Source: Candidatus Bathyarchaeota archaeon (lineage in GTDB: Archaea > Thermoproteota > Bathyarchaeia > Bathyarchaeales > Bathycorpusculaceae). From it: 64,000 nt of DNA. A program made the position numbers and the translations under genes. Below the pieces are notes generated by a model. The model was not told the DNA's origin, searched no databases, and was given only the letters and a program-made list of their open reading frames with translations. The stretch covers positions 352,001 through 416,000 of the forward strand of contig CAWGYA010000008.1 of the NCBI GenBank assembly GCA_963826715.1, given 5' to 3'. Below are positions 1 to 8,573 of the stretch, piece by piece (positions within the stretch are counted from its first letter, which is position 1; every line of letters starts with the position of its first letter).

Positions 1-210
1 AACACAGCAGACTACACAAACGGCATTCACACAATCAAATCAGTCGCCTACAATACTGCTGGCGAAACCGCAACAGCAGAGGTAGACCGTAACTTTGTTG
101 AGTACTCAACAAATCTTCTGTTCATCATATTAGGTGTTATTGTTGCTGTAGTTGCAATATCACTTGTGGTTGCGCTCTACTGGGTAAGAAAAAAGGGTTC
201 AAAAAAATAA
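1..210 (+). CDS. 3' end of a membrane-anchored surface protein (Ig-like segment + C-terminal TM helix), partial
   Basis: Frame 1 is open from base 1 to TAA at 208-210: NTADYTNGIHTIKSVAYNTAG...LLFIILGVIVAVVAISLVVALYWVRKKGSKK; hydrophobic helix followed by a basic tail. Confidence 0.75.
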   Translation, partial: NTADYTNGIHTIKSVAYNTAGETATAEVDRNFVEYSTNLLFIILGVIVAVVAISLVVALYWVRKKGSKK

Positions 211-214
211 GCAG

Positions 215-1447
215 CTAAATTTTCTTTGTCCGGACTGCGTTCTCTAAGGCTAAAACACCCGGAAGCTTTTTGCCCATCAAAAACTCGATGAGAGCCCCCC
301 CAGCAGTGCTGATATAACTAATTTTACTGGTTAACCCATATTCTTGGATGGCGGCTATGGTGTTTCCACCACCTGCTAAACTGAAGGCTGTACTATCGGC
401 TACGGCCTCCAAGACTGCTTTGGTACCATAACAGAATTCTGGGCTTTCATAAACACCCATGGGACCACTTACAACAACGGATTTGGCTTTAGCAATGATA
501 TCAGCATAGTTAGAGGCGGTCTGGTAACCTATATCGTAAATTTGATAGTCGGTGGGTAAGATACTAATTGTTACATCTTTGCGTTTATCTCCAAAGTTTA
601 ACGCAACGTCCACTGGAACAACTATTTTGTCTCCGAACTCTGTCATCAATGACTTGATACCATCCACAAATTGTAGGAGTTCTTTTTTGGCTAAAAACTC
701 CATTGCTGGTTTTCCTAAGCTAACGCCCTTAGCTGCCAAAAACAACTGAGAAGTTACGCCCCCAACTAAGATGTAGTCAGCTACACCATTACTAAGCACA
801 TATTTGCTGATTTCTAGGCTATCGTCAGCTTTGGCGCCCCCCATAACATAAACACAAGGATGCTCAGGGGTTTCAATAATTTTGCTAAGCGAAACCAATT
901 CTCGTTGCATAATACGTCCCGCTGCTGAGGGCAAAACAGCTGTGAAACCCACCATCGACACATGTCCACGATGAGCAACAGAGAAAGCATCAGAAACAAA
1001 TAGATCTGCAAGGGGAGCCAGACCCTGCACCAATTGGGTTTTAGATTGTTGCTCAGGGGTACCGCTTTTGGTCTCTGCAGCCCAACTGCGCACGTTTTTC
1101 AACACCAAAATTTCGCCATTTTGAAGATTCTTGATAGCGTCTTTGGCTTTGTCCCCGAATAAATCGTCAACGTACTTCACCGGACACTTAACGATGCCCT
1201 GGAGGACTTTTACGTGACTCTCTAGGTTAGTGTAGTCAGGGTCACCTTTGCGTCCCTGATGCGCAATAACAACCACTCTGGCGCCTCTCTCGGCTAATTC
1301 AGTGAGAGTTGATTCTGCGTGAACGCGGATGCGCACGTCACTTGCGACTTTTTGGGTTTGTGGATCGATTTCTGAGTTAAAATCTACTCTGACGATAACA
1401 GTTTTATTTTTTACCTCAAAATCGTCGATAGTTTTGTATTTCAGCAT
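215..1447 (-). CDS. pgk: Phosphoglycerate kinase
   Basis: RVDFNS, AHQGR, DAFSVAHR, GGAKADD, GPMGVYE, GGGNT, ISTAGGA motifs. Confidence 0.97.
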   Translation of the reverse strand: MLKYKTIDDFEVKNKTVIVRVDFNSEIDPQTQKVASDVRIRVHAESTLTELAERGARVVVIAHQGRKGDPDYTNLESHVKVLQGIVKCPVKYVDDLFGDKAKDAIKNLQNGEILVLKNVRSWAAETKSGTPEQQSKTQLVQGLAPLADLFVSDAFSVAHRGHVSMVGFTAVLPSAAGRIMQRELVSLSKIIETPEHPCVYVMGGAKADDSLEISKYVLSNGVADYILVGGVTSQLFLAAKGVSLGKPAMEFLAKKELLQFVDGIKSLMTEFGDKIVVPVDVALNFGDKRKDVTISILPTDYQIYDIGYQTASNYADIIAKAKSVVVSGPMGVYESPEFCYGTKAVLEAVADSTAFSLAGGGNTIAAIQEYGLTSKISYISTAGGALIEFLMGKKLPGVLALENAVRTKKI

Positions 1448-1509
1448 TCTTACTCACTCATCAAGTTAGCAACTGAACAAAAAAGAAAAGAATATTAAAA
1501 GTTTGCTTG

Positions 1510-2547
1510 TTAAACCAAACCTGCTTTTTTCCCGACAAGTTCAATGAAGTCAACCATACGGTTACTAAAGCCCCACTCGTTATCATACCACGAGAAGACC
1601 TTAACGAAATTGCTTTTCGCACCCAAAACCATAGTTAAGCCCGCATCGAAAACGCTGCTATAAGTACTGTGCAAAACGTCTGTGCTGACGATAGGGTCTT
1701 CGGTGTATTGTAGGATGCCTTTGAGTTCGCCTTCAGCTGCTTTCTTCATAACATCATTGATTTCCTGTTTGGTAACTTCTTTGCCCAAAACAGCAGTCAA
1801 ATCCACGATGGACACATCTGGGGTTGGAACACGTAAAGAGATACCGTTCATTTTTCCTGAGCACCCAGGCAGCACTTCCCCAATGGCTTTAGCTGCACCA
1901 GTACTAGTTGGAATAATGTTAATCGCCGCTGAGCGTGCACGACGCAAGTCTTTATGCACCGTGTCCAAAATTCTTTGGTCATTAGTATAACTGTGGCAGG
2001 TGGTCATAAAGGCTTTTTCAAGTCCAAAGTTATCGGCAAGAACCTTACTGATTGGGGCAAGAGCATTTGTGGTGCAACTTGCATTGGATAGAATATTATC
2101 TTTTTGTGGGTCATATGTACTGTCGTTTACCCCTAAAACTATGGTTTTATCGGGTTCTTTTGCAGGTGCAGAAATGAGAACTTTTTGTGCTCCAGCCACC
2201 ATATGTTTGGATGCACCTTCGCGGTTAGTAAATAACCCAGTGCTTTCAACGGCGAGGTAAACCCCAAGTTGTTTCCAGGGCAGGTTCGCAGGGTCTCTTT
2301 CTTGGATACATTTGAGCATTTTGCCGTTAACGACAAGGTCATTACCTCGATCTTCCACAGTACCCGGAAAGCGCCCATGCACGGAGTCATATTTAAGCAG
2401 AGTTGCGTTTGTTTTTGCGTCTGCTAAATCGTTCACTGCAACAAAGTCTATGTTAGCGTTTTTTTCAATGGCTGCTCGGTAAATGAGTCTACCGATTCGT
2501 CCAAAACCGTTTATTCCAACTTTTATCGCCATAAACTGTTTCACCAA
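1510..2547 (-). CDS. gap: Glyceraldehyde-3-phosphate dehydrogenase, type I (bacterial-like); likely start ATG 2532
   Basis: [46 protein letters not shown]. Confidence 0.97.
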   Translation of the reverse strand: MVKQFMAIKVGINGFGRIGRLIYRAAIEKNANIDFVAVNDLADAKTNATLLKYDSVHGRFPGTVEDRGNDLVVNGKMLKCIQERDPANLPWKQLGVYLAVESTGLFTNREGASKHMVAGAQKVLISAPAKEPDKTIVLGVNDSTYDPQKDNILSNASCTTNALAPISKVLADNFGLEKAFMTTCHSYTNDQRILDTVHKDLRRARSAAINIIPTSTGAAKAIGEVLPGCSGKMNGISLRVPTPDVSIVDLTAVLGKEVTKQEINDVMKKAAEGELKGILQYTEDPIVSTDVLHSTYSSVFDAGLTMVLGAKSNFVKVFSWYDNEWGFSNRMVDFIELVGKKAGLV

Positions 2548-2654
2548 TGTTTGAGTTCTAAAATCGAATCAAAGTTAATTAATTTTCCGTCAATCAGAAA
2601 AACTGACGTTTATTTAACATATTGAGACTATGTAAAATAAAAAATTAAATTTGC

Positions 2655-3230
2655 TTATTCATGAAACACGGGTACACCTGCGAATTTAGCGAGTTCCAAA
2701 TATCTCTTCTCAACCATACATCGCAGTAACTGTCTCAACTCATCACCTTGAGCGTTTCTCTGCTTAAGCAAAACGACTTTTTTGACTAGTTCCTCATCAC
2801 CAAGCCCCCTAAACCATGCTTCGAAATCTCCGCGTCCAATGTGAAACTCTAAAGTATCATTTTCTACCTTGTCGATTTTAGATACAAAGTCACGAAGGTT
2901 ATGTGCATGGATACTAAGAGGTTTGTCTACAGAAGCGTAAAAATGAAAGGCTTTGTCATGCGCCGCATAAGTGAGAATTGTTGCTGCCTTATCTTTGGAT
3001 GTTTCCGCAATTCCCAACGCTCGTTTTCCCAATTGCGTTATTAAATAGAGCCCTTTTTGCGGGGAAGATACATACCCCATTTTTGTGAGCCCCAACAGGT
3101 GCATCATAACGGGTTGGAACTCTTTTTTGGCTGCTTTTGCGATATCCATAGCTTTCTTCGGTGTCTCGCACAAAAGCATAGACTCAAGAATTTCTTGTTT
3201 AACACTTGATAAACTCAATCTGTGCACCAT
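2655..3230 (-). CDS. Winged-HTH + DUF5752-like domain protein
   Basis: N-terminal wHTH (LTKMGYV...GLYLITQLGK); C-terminal AFHFY...AHNLRDF...LEFHIGRGDFEAWF matches the C-terminal domain of the GH57 at 25529-27100. Confidence 0.75.
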   Translation of the reverse strand: MVHRLSLSSVKQEILESMLLCETPKKAMDIAKAAKKEFQPVMMHLLGLTKMGYVSSPQKGLYLITQLGKRALGIAETSKDKAATILTYAAHDKAFHFYASVDKPLSIHAHNLRDFVSKIDKVENDTLEFHIGRGDFEAWFRGLGDEELVKKVVLLKQRNAQGDELRQLLRCMVEKRYLELAKFAGVPVFHE

Positions 3231-3381
3231 TCTCTATCAATGCTATTGTGGCTAATCAAACTTTTCCCTATGAAACAATTAGAAACAATGAATCAATAGC
3301 CAGAAATCGCATTTCCTTCTGTTAGGCAAAGCTTTAGTATCGTGGCTCCTACTCCTAAATGAAAAACTGGTGACATAAAAG

Positions 3382-4632
3382 ATGAAAATTGCCGTTTTTG
3401 TTTATGAGTATCCTCCAAAAATCGTGGGGGGACTTGGCACCTACGCCGCTGAAATCACACGCAAATTCGTCTTAAACGACCATGACGTAACAGTTTTCAC
3501 AATGAACGATGACGCAGGCTCTTTACCCACTCGCGAAATCTGGCGCGGGATAGAAATCCACCGACCTCTTCACATAGATGTCTCCGATTCACTACCGGAC
3601 GTAATTGCCGAAGACATTCGTAAATGGGGCAGGGGCATCCACCTTTTTGGCAAACTTATGGTTTATAATTATCTATCCGCAGCCAAACTCGTTAATGAAC
3701 TAATTAAACGAGAAGGCATGAAATACGATGTCGTGGTAGCACATGACTGGCTTTCTGCGATGGGCGGCATAACAGTGAAGCGTGAAACTGGAATGCCTTT
3801 TGCCTTCCACGTTCACTCCACTGAAAAGGGACGAACAATGGGTAACGGCTCAGGCGTTGTGAGCAACATAGAGTTAAGAGCCGGGAAAATGGCAGACATG
3901 GTGGTCACCGTTTCCTATGCCATGAAAGATGAATTAATAGGTTTAGGCTTCCCAAAAGAGAAGATTCAAGTCAGTTACAACGGCGTGGACCCACAGAAGT
4001 ATGATCCGCAAAATATATCCAAAGATGACATCAAACGTATCCGCAACAAATATGGAATAAAAGATGATGAACAGATGATCCTGTTTCTAGGCAGATTAGT
4101 AGGTGTGAAAGGTGTCGACAAACTAATTATGGCTATGCCCCACATCCTCCCAAAACTACCTAAAGCAAAACTGGTAATCGTCGGCGTCGGCGACCTCCAG
4201 GAATACCTTTCAAACCTCACCCGCACAATACGCCTTGATGAATATGTCAAATTCTGTTTTGACTTCATCCCCGAAGAAGAACGCATCCTCCACTACGCCG
4301 CCTGCGACATAGCAGTTTTCCCAAGCTTCTATGAACCCTTCGGCATTGTAGCACTGGAAGCAATGAGCATGGAAAAACCAGTGGTTGTAGGTGCAGCAGG
4401 CGTGAGCGGCATGCGTGAAATCGTCATATGCTGTGGACCTGAACAATGCGGCTTTCATGTCGACCCCAACAACCCCAGTGACATCGCATGGGGTGTCATC
4501 TCTGCTCTAGAGACCCCCGAAAAAACTAAAATGTTGGGCAAAAATGGGCGCAAAAGAGTGCTAGCAGAATTTACATGGAGCAAAATCGCCAAAAAAACCA
4601 TGGACCTATACCAAACCATTGCAAAACGGTAA
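3382..4632 (+). CDS. Glycosyltransferase family 4 (glycogen synthase-like)
   Basis: EYPPKIVGGLG, AHDWL, HSTE, FLGRL..KG, PSFYEPFGIVALEAM. Confidence 0.92.
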   Translation: MKIAVFVYEYPPKIVGGLGTYAAEITRKFVLNDHDVTVFTMNDDAGSLPTREIWRGIEIHRPLHIDVSDSLPDVIAEDIRKWGRGIHLFGKLMVYNYLSAAKLVNELIKREGMKYDVVVAHDWLSAMGGITVKRETGMPFAFHVHSTEKGRTMGNGSGVVSNIELRAGKMADMVVTVSYAMKDELIGLGFPKEKIQVSYNGVDPQKYDPQNISKDDIKRIRNKYGIKDDEQMILFLGRLVGVKGVDKLIMAMPHILPKLPKAKLVIVGVGDLQEYLSNLTRTIRLDEYVKFCFDFIPEEERILHYAACDIAVFPSFYEPFGIVALEAMSMEKPVVVGAAGVSGMREIVICCGPEQCGFHVDPNNPSDIAWGVISALETPEKTKMLGKNGRKRVLAEFTWSKIAKKTMDLYQTIAKR

Positions 4633-5260
4633 GCGGACTTTGTCCAACAACAGTGACTTGAAACAGTTGGTCGCAAGAGAAGCCGCTACACTCTTATATT
4701 TTGGAGGTGAAAAAGAGTTCAAACAAGCAAAGATACATGCTGCAGAGACCTTGGGCAGCCATTTTTTACCTTCGAATCTTGAAGTGGCACTAGAGTTGGA
4801 CAAAATAACTGAGGAGAACGAAGGAGAAACGCGTAAAACAAGGCTCGTTGAAATGCGTAAGGAAGCACTTCATGTGATGCGATTGCTAGAAAAATTCTAC
4901 CCAGTTTTAATAGGTAGTGTCTGGCGAGGCACCATAAAACACGATAGCGATATAGACATAGCCATTTACACAGACACTCCGCAAGAAGTCCTGGAAACAC
5001 TCAAGGGCGGTAAATTGAAAGTACTCAAATCGGTTTGGACTTCAATTAATAAACGCGGAGACACTCTATCTTCTTACCACATCTATGCGCAAACAGACAC
5101 AGGATATGAACTTGAAATTGTGGCTCGTGCTCAAGAGGAAGCTAACAAGAAACGACGCTGCGAAGTGTTCGGAGATGACCTCCGCGGGTTAAACATTCAT
5201 GAACTCGAAAAAGTGCTTAAGAAATATCCAACACAACAATTCATCCCCAGCAATTCATAA
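4619..5260 (+). CDS. Nucleotidyltransferase-domain protein (Pol beta superfamily); start possibly TTG 4640
   Basis: LIGSVWRG...SDIDI motif. Confidence 0.8.
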   Translation: MQNGKRTLSNNSDLKQLVAREAATLLYFGGEKEFKQAKIHAAETLGSHFLPSNLEVALELDKITEENEGETRKTRLVEMRKEALHVMRLLEKFYPVLIGSVWRGTIKHDSDIDIAIYTDTPQEVLETLKGGKLKVLKSVWTSINKRGDTLSSYHIYAQTDTGYELEIVARAQEEANKKRRCEVFGDDLRGLNIHELEKVLKKYPTQQFIPSNS

Positions 5261-5325
5261 AAAATCGCGACTAAGCATCAAAAAAGGACTTAAACTACCT
5301 AAATCATAGACTCAGTTGATGCCCC

Positions 5326-5730
5326 ATGGAAAAGAAAGACCTCAAGAAAATGTTTCCCCACCTCTATGAAGAACTTGAAGAAGGCGAAGTTAAAGTTCCA
5401 ATTGATGCAGTACGCAAAAACGCCGCCGAAGCTGAAAGCGAATTTAATGATGAATGCGGATGCGATGAGCAAGTCGAGGCAGAGAGAGAAGTTGCAGAGT
5501 GCATCGAACCGGATAAGCTACGGCACTTCAATCCGCAAGCCCTAGATTTTCTACGCCGTTGCGATACCAATGCTCAAGCCGAAGAGATTATCACATATCT
5601 AGAAGGAAAAGGTGAAATAACCAAAGACTACGCCCACGAACTTCGATGCCAACTCGTTCGAGACGGTGTCCGCAGTTTCGGACCTAAAAAAGAAGAATAC
5701 CACTACTTCAAAGAAGGCGGGATCTACTGA
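5326..5730 (+). CDS. DUF2095-like archaeal protein
   Basis: KKMFPHLYEEL, P..LDFLRRCDT..AEEII.YLE.KGEIT, GVRSFGPKKE..HY. Confidence 0.8.
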   Translation: MEKKDLKKMFPHLYEELEEGEVKVPIDAVRKNAAEAESEFNDECGCDEQVEAEREVAECIEPDKLRHFNPQALDFLRRCDTNAQAEEIITYLEGKGEITKDYAHELRCQLVRDGVRSFGPKKEEYHYFKEGGIY

Positions 5731-5757
5731 ATAAAACAAAAAAAGAAATAATATGGG

Positions 5758-6744
5758 TCAAGTTATTTGACTGTATATAGGGTGCTCTTTGAATTTGAGG
5801 ATTGTCTGTGACCACTCGATAGTTCCGCTGGGCAATCGTGTACATATCGACTGAACTTTTGCTCCGACACCCGAAATGAATCTCACGCCATCAAGCATTT
5901 CACCTTTGGTGATCCCTGAGGCAGCAAAAATCATTTCATTACCTTTAGCCAGTTCTTTTTCAGTATAGGTTTTGTTTATTTCTACACCTGCAGCTTCCAG
6001 CCGTTTCATTCGGTTTTCATCGTCTTTTTTGTCCTTCCAAACCTTCACCAGCATTGTACCGCCTAAGCATTTCACAGCAGTGGCTGCGATCGTGGCTTCA
6101 GCACCTGCACCCGCCCCTAAAAGCAAGTCAACACCTGAATCTGGCAAGCAGGTAACGATTGACCCTGCAATATCCCCGTCAGTGATCAAAATAATTCGAA
6201 CACCCATCTTTCTAAGTCTTTTTAGCAAATCATCATGTCGAGGGCGTTCAAGCATGATGACAGTGAAATTCGCCAGGGGTCTTTTTTTAAGGGTCGCTAC
6301 AGTGGTAACGATTTCTTCTATCGACATATCAAGGTTGATTTTACCTTTGGCTACGCCATTAGTTGCAACTTTGAAGTAATAACCATCATCAGGCAGCACC
6401 TGAAGACAACCCGCTGGAGCGCATGCAAGGGCAGAAATGGCGTCTTTTTTGCCTTTACTGGTAGCGGTCGTTCCGTCCACTTGGTCAATAACGAATTCGA
6501 CTTTGGGGCCGTTACCGGTACCGACTTTTTCTCGGTTGTTAAAAGCGGGAGCGTTGTCCTTTGGTCCTTCGCAGCAAATAACTTCGCCATCAATTTCCAT
6601 TTGGTTCATTACAGCACGAGAGAAATCCAGTGCGGTTTGGTCCACCATATCGGGATCACCTTTACCAATGTGAAGGGCTGCTCCCACTGCACCTGCAGTG
6701 GTTATTCGAATTAAGGATGGTCCTAGAGAGCGTAAAGAGGTCAT
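5758..6744 (-). CDS. glpX: Fructose-1,6-bisphosphatase class II (GlpX)
   Basis: GKGD...DQ.A, EG.KDNAP, DQVDGT, RPRH, LITDGDIAG, FAASGIT.G.MLDGV; ATG 6744 lies just after the upstream stop (ORF track extends to TTG 6774). Confidence 0.9.
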   Translation of the reverse strand: MTSLRSLGPSLIRITTAGAVGAALHIGKGDPDMVDQTALDFSRAVMNQMEIDGEVICCEGPKDNAPAFNNREKVGTGNGPKVEFVIDQVDGTTATSKGKKDAISALACAPAGCLQVLPDDGYYFKVATNGVAKGKINLDMSIEEIVTTVATLKKRPLANFTVIMLERPRHDDLLKRLRKMGVRIILITDGDIAGSIVTCLPDSGVDLLLGAGAGAEATIAATAVKCLGGTMLVKVWKDKKDDENRMKRLEAAGVEINKTYTEKELAKGNEMIFAASGITKGEMLDGVRFISGVGAKVQSICTRLPSGTIEWSQTILKFKEHPIYSQIT

Positions 6745-6749
6745 GTCTT

Positions 6750-7670
6750 TCACTTTTTCCTCTCGTTTTGCCAAAGCTCAACGAATTCAATGTAGTTCTG
6801 AGCGATCTTCTCAACTGCACTGTTGCGGTCAATCTGTCCGGCACGGTATTCAACCAGCGGATTCCAGAATATTGTACGCCCTACTGCAAAACCGATTATC
6901 CCAGGAATTTTTGCGCCAACGCTGAGCCATTCTTTAACTTTATCTTTTGACTCTCCACGACCAAGCGTAATAACACCCACTTTGCGTCCACCCGCCTGAG
7001 CCTGCTTAACAATAGCAACAGCATCTTCAGCTTTATCAACGCCTTCCAACTTCCAAATCTCAGGTTCCACGCCACCATCCTGAATCTGCTTTAGGCTAAC
7101 ACACATAAGTTTGGGTCTCAGTTGGCTATCGTAATCTGCTTTGGAACCCACCTGATCCAACTGCTTGGGTGTCGCAGGGACAATAAGTTCAAAGAGAAAT
7201 GGTCTACCTGTTTTATGGAGATAAACACTAAGTTTTTTTAGCCTCTCTAGTTGAGACTGGTTTAACGCTGAGTCACCCTCAGGGTTATAACGCACCAATA
7301 CTTTGAGAAAAGTTGGGGCGAAGTCTTCTATGTGCTCTGTAAATTTGTCCCCGTACTCAAAATCAAACTCTTCTTGACCTGACTTTTCCGCGGGCATCGC
7401 AAAATTAAAACCTTCGTTTTTGGCTTCGCGCAGTACACTTGCGCCAAATTCTTCATCAACCAACAAGCCCGCAATTTCTTTAGGAACCTTTTTTTGAAGC
7501 GCCAGTTTAAAGCCATCAAAAATTATTCTTTTTGCTTCTTCAATATGATGCTTTTCTTCTGCTGTTGGAGGACGCCCTTTGATTCCGAAGAGTTTTTCAA
7601 TAAAAGATGCACGATGATCAAACGCTAAAATCAATAAGTCTTTTTTAGACCAGTCAGTCAACATTTTCAC
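6750..7670 (-). CDS. DUF2090 / IolC-C-terminal-like class I aldolase (LacD/YihT-related TIM barrel)
   Basis: ILAFDHR, GLLVDEEFG, KVLVRYNP, FLFEL, PEIWKLEG, LGRG, GFAVGRTIF. Confidence 0.8.
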   Translation of the reverse strand: MKMLTDWSKKDLLILAFDHRASFIEKLFGIKGRPPTAEEKHHIEEAKRIIFDGFKLALQKKVPKEIAGLLVDEEFGASVLREAKNEGFNFAMPAEKSGQEEFDFEYGDKFTEHIEDFAPTFLKVLVRYNPEGDSALNQSQLERLKKLSVYLHKTGRPFLFELIVPATPKQLDQVGSKADYDSQLRPKLMCVSLKQIQDGGVEPEIWKLEGVDKAEDAVAIVKQAQAGGRKVGVITLGRGESKDKVKEWLSVGAKIPGIIGFAVGRTIFWNPLVEYRAGQIDRNSAVEKIAQNYIEFVELWQNERKK

Positions 7671-7800
7671 CGACCAGTTATCTTGTTTTACTCTAATAAA
7701 TCGTTATTGCTTGACCCAATTATAGCTAAGCAAAGTTCATGGGTTTACAGAAACTGTGAAATAACTAAAGCCTACATATGACTTCTTTGAGGAAAAAAAG

Positions 7801-8301
7801 ATGGCGGACATACGTGTAGTCACTGTTAAGTTACCTGAAGATGTCTACCAGGAGATGGCGCTTCGGATACCCGACGGTGAAAGAAGCGATTTCATAAGGG
7901 AAGCCATCTACGATAAACTCCAAAAAACCCCCAGACCCGATACATTACTCACTCTACAAGAGAGAATGAGCAAGATCGAAGAGGAATTCGGATTAATCCG
8001 CAAGAACCTCGCAGACCTAGAAATCCTCACATTCCAACATGGCAAAATCAACCCTCACCAATTCAGTATAGACGACATAGACCACAAAATCATCGAATAC
8101 CTACTCCATTACAAATCAGCAACAACCCCAGATCTCGCTAACTACCTAAAAACCAACCGCTGGCTCGTACTTAATAGGTTGAGAAAAATCGAGAAAAACA
8201 GCAAAAAACAACTTGGAAAATCCATTATCGAATACTATGCAGGTGAGAAATCAGGCAAGAAAAAGGCGTGGTGGCTTGATGAAGAATTGATTAAGGAATA
8301 G
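7801..8301 (+). CDS. Ribbon-helix-helix protein with coiled coil and C-terminal wHTH
   Basis: VVTVKLPEDVY...RSDFIREAI (RHH); IDHKIIEYL...TTPDLANYL..NRWLVLNRLRK (HTH). Confidence 0.7.
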   Translation: MADIRVVTVKLPEDVYQEMALRIPDGERSDFIREAIYDKLQKTPRPDTLLTLQERMSKIEEEFGLIRKNLADLEILTFQHGKINPHQFSIDDIDHKIIEYLLHYKSATTPDLANYLKTNRWLVLNRLRKIEKNSKKQLGKSIIEYYAGEKSGKKKAWWLDEELIKE

Positions 8302-8348
8302 TGTAAGCTAGCTTTAAATTGTCTTTTATGTTTGGTTTGTAAGTCAGC

Positions 8349-8424
8349 GGGCTCGTAGTCTAGCACGGATCAAGGCATCGGCCTCCGGAGCCGAGAATCC
8401 TGGGTTCAAATCCCAGCGGGCCCG
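8349..8424 (+). tRNA. tRNA-Arg(CCG), no intron, CCA not encoded
   Basis: Acceptor GGGCTCG/CGGGCCC, anticodon arm TCGGC-CTCCGGA-GCCGA, T arm CTGGG-TTCAAAT-CCCAG; TTTAAA TATA-like box upstream. Confidence 0.95.
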
Positions 8425-8573
8425 CCTCTAAATTATATGCAGGTACTTAAAAGAAAAGTCTGCCTGTAAAAGACGATTCTGCCTGTGTCTTCAATCAATA
8501 TACAACTAAAGTTATGTAGTCTATTTGATTTGCAATTGATGTGAAATTAGAATTGTTCCTGCCTACTCTTTTA

